Shown: positions 26,383-32,000 of the stretch, in pieces
Layout: every line of letters starts with the position of its first letter
How positions within the stretch are numbered: position 1 is the first letter of the stretch
NCBI RefSeq assembly: GCF_001457595.1
Contig: NZ_LN831039.1
Coordinates: forward strand, 1,440,001 to 1,472,000
DNA: 32,000 nt
Source: Mycolicibacterium smegmatis
Lineage (GTDB): Bacteria > Actinomycetota > Actinomycetes > Mycobacteriales > Mycobacteriaceae
Reading direction: 5' to 3'
Notes under the pieces: generated by a model
What the model was told of the DNA's origin: nothing
Database searches by the model: none
Seen by the model: only the letters and a program-made list of their open reading frames with translations
Program-made: the position numbers and the translations under genes

Positions 26383-28086
26383 TTACGAGGGAATGACGGG
26401 AAGCAGCAGTGTCGAAGGGGTCGACCCGCCGGTATGGATGGTGGTGCGACCGGCGTAGATGCTCGCCGGCCGGTCTTCGGGGTGGGTGTGCAGCCACGGG
26501 CCGGAGCCGCGGGAGACCCACGCCTCGTTGCCGTCCTTGGGCTCTTCACGCTCGAAGTCGTGGCCGCTGATCTGCAGCGCGATCCGGTATCCGGCAGGAA
26601 GCACGATGCACGTGGGCCAGATCTCGATGTCGAGCTGGTAGATGGTGCCGGGATCGAGCGGCTGGAGCTCGTCGTGACTGTGGTACGGCCGGTAGGGAAG
26701 GCTGCGGGCGACGTCGAGCTTGCGGTGGCTGGCACGCAGCCAGCCCTGGGCCAGCGGGGTGTGCGGGTCGATGGTGCCCTGGAACTCGACCTCCCGGCCG
26801 TCGGGAGCGAATGCCTGCAACGTCACGAACAGGTCCGCATCGATGGTCGACGACGACACGAACAGCCGCGCCGAAAGTGGTCCGGTCAGTTCGGTTTCGG
26901 CGGTGAGCGGGCAGGTGAGGAAGGTCAGCGGTTCGCCCGCGGCATCGAAGGTCACGCTGTGCTCGGTGTCGACCGGGTCGAAGGACAACGCCATGTCGGC
27001 GGCGTCGAGGTGCACCTCGGTCCACTGCGTGTTCTCCAGCGGCCAGGCCGAATGGGTGCGGACCTCGACCTTGTCGGTGAACGGCCGACGGATGTGCAGC
27101 AGAACCGGCGGTCGCGCGTCCCAGCCGTTGTCCTCTCCCTTGAGGAAATGGTCGAGAAACTCCTTCTGCAGCGCCATGCCCTGCGGCAGGTAGAACCATT
27201 CCTCGTGGCGCCCGGGGTGCGCTTCGAGCCACTTCTGCGCCGACGCGGCCTGGGTGAACGCCTCGAAGTTGCCGCGTGGATGCAGGCCGAACCCGGCCCA
27301 GTTCGCGGCGCTGAGGAACGGCACCGTGACCTTCGACCAGTCCGGGGACCGGTCCCGGTAGAACTCGTCGTCGAGTGGCCGTTTCAAGATCTCCGGCAGT
27401 GGATCGTTACGGTTCAGTGCGAGTTCCTCTTCACTCAAATCCTCAGGGCCGGTAGCCCGTTCGCCCTGCCAGCGGTCCATCCTGCCGTCGGGGTTGCCGT
27501 GCTGCACGGACACGACCTGCCGGGGGTACCAGGCCTCGAGGAAGCCATTGCTGACGATTCCGCCATGCCGGGCCCAGTCCCGGTAGAAGTCACCGGCGCC
27601 TTCCCACGGAATCATCGCGGCCAGTGACGGCGGCTGTTGGGCGGCCACCAACCACTGGTTGATCGCGTAGTAGGAGATGCCGTTGAGACCCACCTTGCCG
27701 GTGCTCCACGGCTGCCGCGCGGCCCACTCGATGGCGTCGTGATGATCGCGGACCTCGCGGGGCGAGAGCATGTCGAGAACGCCGGGGGAGCGGCCTGCGC
27801 CGCGAGAATCCACACGCACCACGGCGTACCCCCACGGCACCCAGATCTCCGGATCCACGGTTTCCCACGCCATGTACGACCTGCTGGAGCCGGGCAGGAT
27901 GTCGGGGTAGGTGGTGATCAACTAATTCCATTGCGGTGCATAACCATCGGAATACTCGACACCTTTTCCGTACGGGCCGAGGGTCATCACCACCGGCGCC
28001 GGCTCGCCGTCGTCGGGGCGGAACACGTCCGCCCGCAGAATCAGTCCGTCGTCGCACGGGACGGCGACGTCACGTTCGATGATCAC
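26383..28086 (-). pseudogene. CocE/NonD-family (S15 X-Pro dipeptidyl-peptidase-like) hydrolase with an in-frame amber codon at 27922-27924
   Basis: Track ORFs 27922..28170 and 26383..27921 are contiguous and in the same frame: ...GKGVEYSDGYAPQWN-TAG-LITTYPDILPGSS...VRVDSRGAGRSPG...GLNGISYYA. The likely start is GTG 28086, preceded by AGGAGGA. Confidence 0.8.
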
Positions 28087-28138
28087 GTTGTGTCCTCCTG
28101 ACGGTGAGCGGTGAGCGGCGGCGGAAAGCTCCCGCGGC

Positions 28139-28166
28139 CACTTTCCAACTGATGAGTTGGAGTGTG
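28139..28166. promoter_or_regulatory. Operator-like palindrome CACTTTCCAACT-GATG-AGTTGGAGTGTG upstream of the CocE/NonD gene
   Basis: 10 of 12 arm positions are complementary, with the same TTCCAACT-N4-AGTTGG core and 4-bp spacer as the tetR-proximal palindrome. It lies 53-80 nt upstream of GTG 28086. A further half-site AGTTGGAAA is at 28196-28204. Confidence 0.45.
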
Positions 28167-28320
28167 TCATGGCTCACGCCAGAAAGCAACCAGTGAGTTG
28201 GAAATAGGAGGGTCGACGGACGGCACATGTCGACGGAGGACCGCGCGACCCTAGCCTCGGATCAGCGTGCTGGCAGGGATTTCGACCGGCTCAGTCAGGT
28301 CGTGGATGCAAAAAGAAGCT

Positions 28321-28348
28321 CTCTTTCCAACTTCAAGGTTGGAAAGAG
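28321..28348 (-). terminator. Probable intrinsic terminator of the cox-like operon (11-bp stem, 6-nt loop, T-rich tail)
   Basis: The minus strand reads CTCTTTCCAAC-cttgaa-GTTGGAAAGAG followed by AGCTTCTTTTTG, starting 37 nt after the CoxG-like stop. The arms also fit the TTCCAAC/GTTGGAA operator-like motif. Confidence 0.55.
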
Positions 28349-28384
28349 GGTGATCAGTGGCGATAAGATCGTCCGCTGAGCCTC

Positions 28385-29035
28385 TCAGCGGCGTCGCGGA
28401 AACGCTCGCGATACGAGCCAGCCCTCGACCATGCCCGCCAGGAAGACACCGGCGAAGGCGATGCCTTTCTTCGCGCCTGGCGGAATCATCGACAACAGGT
28501 CGAGGGTCGGATCGGGGGCGGCTGGGCCGTGCAGGGAATGCGACCGTGTGCCCGCGACGGGTGCCGGCCCGACGGCGTCGCCGGATGCCGGATCTGTCTG
28601 CAGCAGCATCGCCACATTGTGTGCGAACTGTTCCATGAGCTTGTTCGACACCGCGACGATCGCGCCTTTGCCGAACGCGACGATCTTGCCGCTCAACACG
28701 AGATCGGTGTCGACCTGCAACTCGGACCCGCCGCCGGATTCGACCACCGCAAGTTCGACGTGTGCCTGCGCATCGCCGCCTCCGTGCGAGTCGACTCCTC
28801 TGCCGTCCAACACAATCCGACGACGCTCTTCGTCGGTTTTCACGAATTGCAACCTGCCGTCGTATGCCGCGGAGATCGGCCCGACCTTGACCTTGATGTT
28901 GCCGAGATAGGCGTCGTCACTCCGACCGGTCAACGCGGCGCCTGGCACACAGACCGCGATCCGTTCGACGTCCTGGATGAGCGTGAACACCTCGTCGGGT
29001 GCAGCGGGAATGGCCACGGTGTTGCGTAGTTTCAC
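28385..29035 (-). CDS. CoxG-like SRPBCC protein with a C-terminal hydrophobic anchor
   Basis: A GTG start at 29035 makes a GTGA overlap with the CoxS-like stop. The protein reads (M)KLRNTVAIPAAPDEVFTLIQDVERIAVCVPGA...KVKVGPISAAYDG.... The C-terminal IAFAGVFLAGMVEGWLV looks membrane-anchoring. Confidence 0.8.
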   Translation of the reverse strand: MKLRNTVAIPAAPDEVFTLIQDVERIAVCVPGAALTGRSDDAYLGNIKVKVGPISAAYDGRLQFVKTDEERRRIVLDGRGVDSHGGGDAQAHVELAVVESGGGSELQVDTDLVLSGKIVAFGKGAIVAVSNKLMEQFAHNVAMLLQTDPASGDAVGPAPVAGTRSHSLHGPAAPDPTLDLLSMIPPGAKKGIAFAGVFLAGMVEGWLVSRAFPRRR

Positions 29036-29586
29036 TTCGATCGCCGATCTTGTTGAAGGGTCGGTTCGCCATCGACTTCGGCATCGACTTCGGCACCGGA
29101 CTGACACTTGGCCCGCCGGTTCGCGGCACACGAAGCGATGCTGTCCACGATGCTCTGGTAACCCGTACACCGGCAGAGGTTCGACGCCACGACCTCGCGG
29201 ATCTCCTCACGTGTGGGGTCGGGAACCTCGTCGAGAAACCCTTGCGCGAGCATGAGGAATCCCGGGGTGCAGAACCCGCACTGCAAGCCGTGGTTCTCGG
29301 TGAAAGCCTGCTGCAGGTCACCCAGGCTGCCGTCGTCGTTCGCCAGGGACTCCACGGTGCGGATCTGCTTGCCCTCGGCCTGCACGGCGAACATCAGACA
29401 CGCTCTGGTGGGCGCCCCGTCGACCAGCACCGTGCATGCGCCGCACACGCCATGCTCGCAGCCGACATGCGTGCCGGTCAGACCGATGTCGTGGCGCAGG
29501 GCGTCGACCAGCGTGCGGCGGGGTTCGATGATCAACTCGTGTTCGGTGCCGTTGACGTTCAACTCGATCAGTATGCGGTCAGTCAT
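29032..29586 (-). CDS. [2Fe-2S]-binding small subunit of a Mo hydroxylase (CoxS-like)
   Basis: MTDRILIELNVNGTEHE...GCEHGVCGACTVLVDG...QCGFCTPGFLM...CRCTGYQSIV. It carries an unusual roughly 30-aa C-terminal extension with an AEVDAEVD repeat. Confidence 0.9.
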   Translation of the reverse strand: MTDRILIELNVNGTEHELIIEPRRTLVDALRHDIGLTGTHVGCEHGVCGACTVLVDGAPTRACLMFAVQAEGKQIRTVESLANDDGSLGDLQQAFTENHGLQCGFCTPGFLMLAQGFLDEVPDPTREEIREVVASNLCRCTGYQSIVDSIASCAANRRAKCQSGAEVDAEVDGEPTLQQDRRSK

Positions 29587-31981
29587 CGTCGGCCTTCTCG
29601 TCGTGGTGAACACGGGAGAGGGCCGCGGCGACAGCGTGGATGGGGATCGGTGTGTCGTCGAGTTCGACTCCCGTATGGCGCAGGGCATCGTTGACGGCGT
29701 TGAGGATTGCCGCGGGCGCGCCGATGGTGCCACCCTCGCCGGCGCCTTTGGCGCCGGATTCGGTGAACAGACACGGTGTTTCCAGATGCGCGATCCCGAT
29801 GTCGGGGATCTCGCAGGCGGTCGGCACGCGATAGTCGATGAAACTGGCCACCAGTGGTTGGCCGGTCGAGTCGTAGGTGACCTCCTCGAAGAGCGCGCCG
29901 GCGATGCCCTGCGCGATCCCACCGCGGGCCTGTCCCTCGACAACGGTCGGGTTGATCGCCACTCCGCAATCCTCCACACAGAAGTACCGCAGAATCTTCA
30001 CATCGCCGGTGCCCTCGAACACTTCGACCACCGCGCCGTGAGTGGCATTCGAGAACGTGCCGTCATTGTCGACGTCGAAACTCGCCGACGCGCGCAGCCC
30101 CGGTTCCAGACCCTTGGGCAGCAGATGTGCCTTCGCGTAGGCGATGTCGGCCAGCTGTCGGTAGGACAGCGACACCGACGGATCGTCGACGCGGCGCACC
30201 CGCCCCTTGTCGAGCTGCACGTTGTCGATGTGCGTGTCGAGGAGATGCGCCGCGATGTCGCGGAGTTTGTCGCCGAGCTTGACCGCGGCGAGCGCGACCG
30301 CGCTTCCACCGATGGTGATCGAGCGGCTGGCGAAACTCCCGTACCCGTACAGGATTCGGTCCGTGTCGCCCTGGTGGATCTTGACCTGCTCGATGTCGAG
30401 GCCGAGTCGGTCGGCGACGATCTGGGCCATGGTCGTCTCGTGGCTCTGCCCGTGGCTGAGGGTCCCCGTGGTCACCACGACGGTCCCGTCCATGTCCATC
30501 GTGATGTCCGATACGTCGAACCCGGGCACGACGTCCATCTTGCGCGCCGCGAACGCCGCCGAACCGTAGCCCGTGCGCTCGTTGAAGCATGAGAAACCAA
30601 TTCCGATGTGCCGACCGGCTTCTCGGTCACGCAGATCGAACCAACCCTCGCGGCGCAACGTTTCCTCGCACAGGTTCAGCGATTCGAGGTAGGACCCGGG
30701 ATCGTAGGTGATGTTGTTGACCCCGGTATAGGGGAACACCGTGATGAGGTTCCGGCGTCTGATCTCCACCGGGTCGATGTTCAGCTCGCGGGCTGCGCGC
30801 TCCATCAATCGCTCGACGACCATCACGTACTGGGGCCTGCTGACTCCCCGGTACGGCGCCGACGGTGCCTTGTTGGATGCGATGGCGCGGCCACGTACGC
30901 GATAGTCGGGCAGCTTGTAGACCCCGGGAAGCTCGGAAGAGGCCATCAGCGGCTCGATGGCGGCGGTGAACGGGTAGCACGAGTAGGCGCCCATATCGCA
31001 GACCACATCGGCGTCGATGGCGAGCAGGCGGCCGGTTTCGTCGAAGGCCGCCCGAACGTCGTAGCGCTGCTCACGGGCCAGGAACGACGCCGTCAGCGCT
31101 TCTCGCCGATCCTCGGTCCACTTGACGGGCCTGCGCAGGCGCAGCGCCGCGGCGGCCACCGCGATCTCCTCGCGGCCCACCACGCACTTGATCCCGAACC
31201 CACCGCCCATATCGGGCACGATCACCCTGACCTTGCGTTCGTCGAGACCCAGCGATCTGGCGGTGACGGTCCGAACCAGGTGGGGGACTTGGCTGCAGGT
31301 GTAGAGAACCAACTGCTCGTCGCGGTCGTCCCAGTACGCCAGCGCGCCGCGGGTCTCCATCGGAAGTGCGTTCTGCCGGCCGGTCTTGCTGTGCACGCTC
31401 ACCACGACCGCTGCCGAGGCGAAGGCCTCATCGGTGCCTGCGCTGTCGAACAGGGACACGTCGACGAGGGTGTTGTGGGCGGCCTGCTCGTGCACGAGCG
31501 GCGCCCCGGTCGCGAGTGCCTCGTCGATCGTGGTCACGGCGACGCCCGGTTCGTAACGGACGGTCACGGCTTCCAGGGCATCCTCGGCGAGATACTGGTC
31601 GGTGGCCACGACGATCGCCAGCGGCTCTCCCACGAAGCGCACCGTGTCCGAGGCGAGGATCGGCATCTCGGTCGGCACGAACTCCGTCAACGGCCGGTCA
31701 AGGGTGGCGACCATGTTCCCCAGTGCGAGGTCGTCGGCGTCCCACGCGGCCCGCACCCCCTTGATCGACTGCGCCGCACCGAGGTCGATCGAGAGGATCT
31801 TGCCCGCGGCGATCGTGGAGCGGACGAACTGCGCGTGCACCATTCCGGGCAGGGAGATGTCGTCGACGAAGCGACCGGTGCCCGTCAACAGGCGCGGGTC
31901 TTCCCGGCGGCGGACCGAGGTTCCGACCCAGGAACCGCCACGGGCGAGCAGATGATCACTTGTACCGGCGTGAATTGTCAT
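29579..31981 (-). CDS. Molybdopterin-binding large subunit of a xanthine dehydrogenase/CoxL-family hydroxylase
   Basis: 800 aa. VGTSVRRREDPRLLTGTGRFVDD is the typical N-terminus. The active-site-loop region reads APYRGVSRPQ and has no Cys. An 8-bp overlap joins it to the CoxS-like start. Confidence 0.9.
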   Translation of the reverse strand: MTIHAGTSDHLLARGGSWVGTSVRRREDPRLLTGTGRFVDDISLPGMVHAQFVRSTIAAGKILSIDLGAAQSIKGVRAAWDADDLALGNMVATLDRPLTEFVPTEMPILASDTVRFVGEPLAIVVATDQYLAEDALEAVTVRYEPGVAVTTIDEALATGAPLVHEQAAHNTLVDVSLFDSAGTDEAFASAAVVVSVHSKTGRQNALPMETRGALAYWDDRDEQLVLYTCSQVPHLVRTVTARSLGLDERKVRVIVPDMGGGFGIKCVVGREEIAVAAAALRLRRPVKWTEDRREALTASFLAREQRYDVRAAFDETGRLLAIDADVVCDMGAYSCYPFTAAIEPLMASSELPGVYKLPDYRVRGRAIASNKAPSAPYRGVSRPQYVMVVERLMERAARELNIDPVEIRRRNLITVFPYTGVNNITYDPGSYLESLNLCEETLRREGWFDLRDREAGRHIGIGFSCFNERTGYGSAAFAARKMDVVPGFDVSDITMDMDGTVVVTTGTLSHGQSHETTMAQIVADRLGLDIEQVKIHQGDTDRILYGYGSFASRSITIGGSAVALAAVKLGDKLRDIAAHLLDTHIDNVQLDKGRVRRVDDPSVSLSYRQLADIAYAKAHLLPKGLEPGLRASASFDVDNDGTFSNATHGAVVEVFEGTGDVKILRYFCVEDCGVAINPTVVEGQARGGIAQGIAGALFEEVTYDSTGQPLVASFIDYRVPTACEIPDIGIAHLETPCLFTESGAKGAGEGGTIGAPAAILNAVNDALRHTGVELDDTPIPIHAVAAALSRVHHDEKADDD

Positions 31982-32000
31982 CAGGCCGCCACGCTTTCGG

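Noticed and set aside
28103-28116. Tandem GGTGAGC GGTGAGC in the leader of the CocE/NonD gene
   Set aside because: Two copies of a 7-mer in GC-rich DNA are not significant on their own, and no matching motif occurs elsewhere in the window.
31981-32000. Possible 3' end of another minus-strand gene (..ESVAA-TGA overlapping the CoxL-like ATG as TGATG), presumably the FAD-binding subunit
   Set aside because: Only 20 nt are visible, so no protein evidence is possible within the window.

Overview
High-GC actinobacterial chromosome, mycobacteria-like by codon usage and gene content (inference only). It is densely coding, and I saw no rRNA, tRNA or CRISPR. Left to right: (1) a partial Cys-type sulfatase and an SRPBCC gene, a NERD-nuclease/SF1-helicase fusion, and an MmyB-like regulator divergent from ilvD. 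(2) A purine/urate catabolism cluster at 6.2-16.2 kb: xanthine-dehydrogenase-type Mo hydroxylase (FAD subunit plus fused FeS-Moco subunit), an NCS2 permease fused to a divergent OHCU-decarboxylase-like domain, uraD, uraH, uricase, an 8-oxoguanine-deaminase-like amidohydrolase and guanine deaminase, followed by a 2OG-Fe(II) oxygenase. (3) A visibly more AT-rich accessory islet at about 17.4-21.8 kb. It holds a small hydrophobic-N-terminus protein, a small LuxR-type regulator, an untracked 55-aa zinc-ribbon ORF, a frameshifted about 373-aa protein of unknown function, and an IS1380-family element. Two copies of an about 110-bp module containing a 30-bp perfect palindrome sit here, and the IS has inserted into the second copy. 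(4) An MmyB-like regulator divergent from an aldo/keto reductase. (5) A TetR gene at the end of a CocE/NonD-EthD-ALDH operon in which all three enzyme genes are disrupted (one amber codon, two +1 frameshifts), with a shared TTCCAACT-N4-AGTTGGAA palindrome family. (6) A CoxL/CoxS/CoxG-like Mo-hydroxylase operon running off the right edge. The most unusual parts are the islet with its palindromic repeat module, the permease-OHCU fusion and the fully decayed operon. No recognisable complete novel system can be proven from sequence alone.
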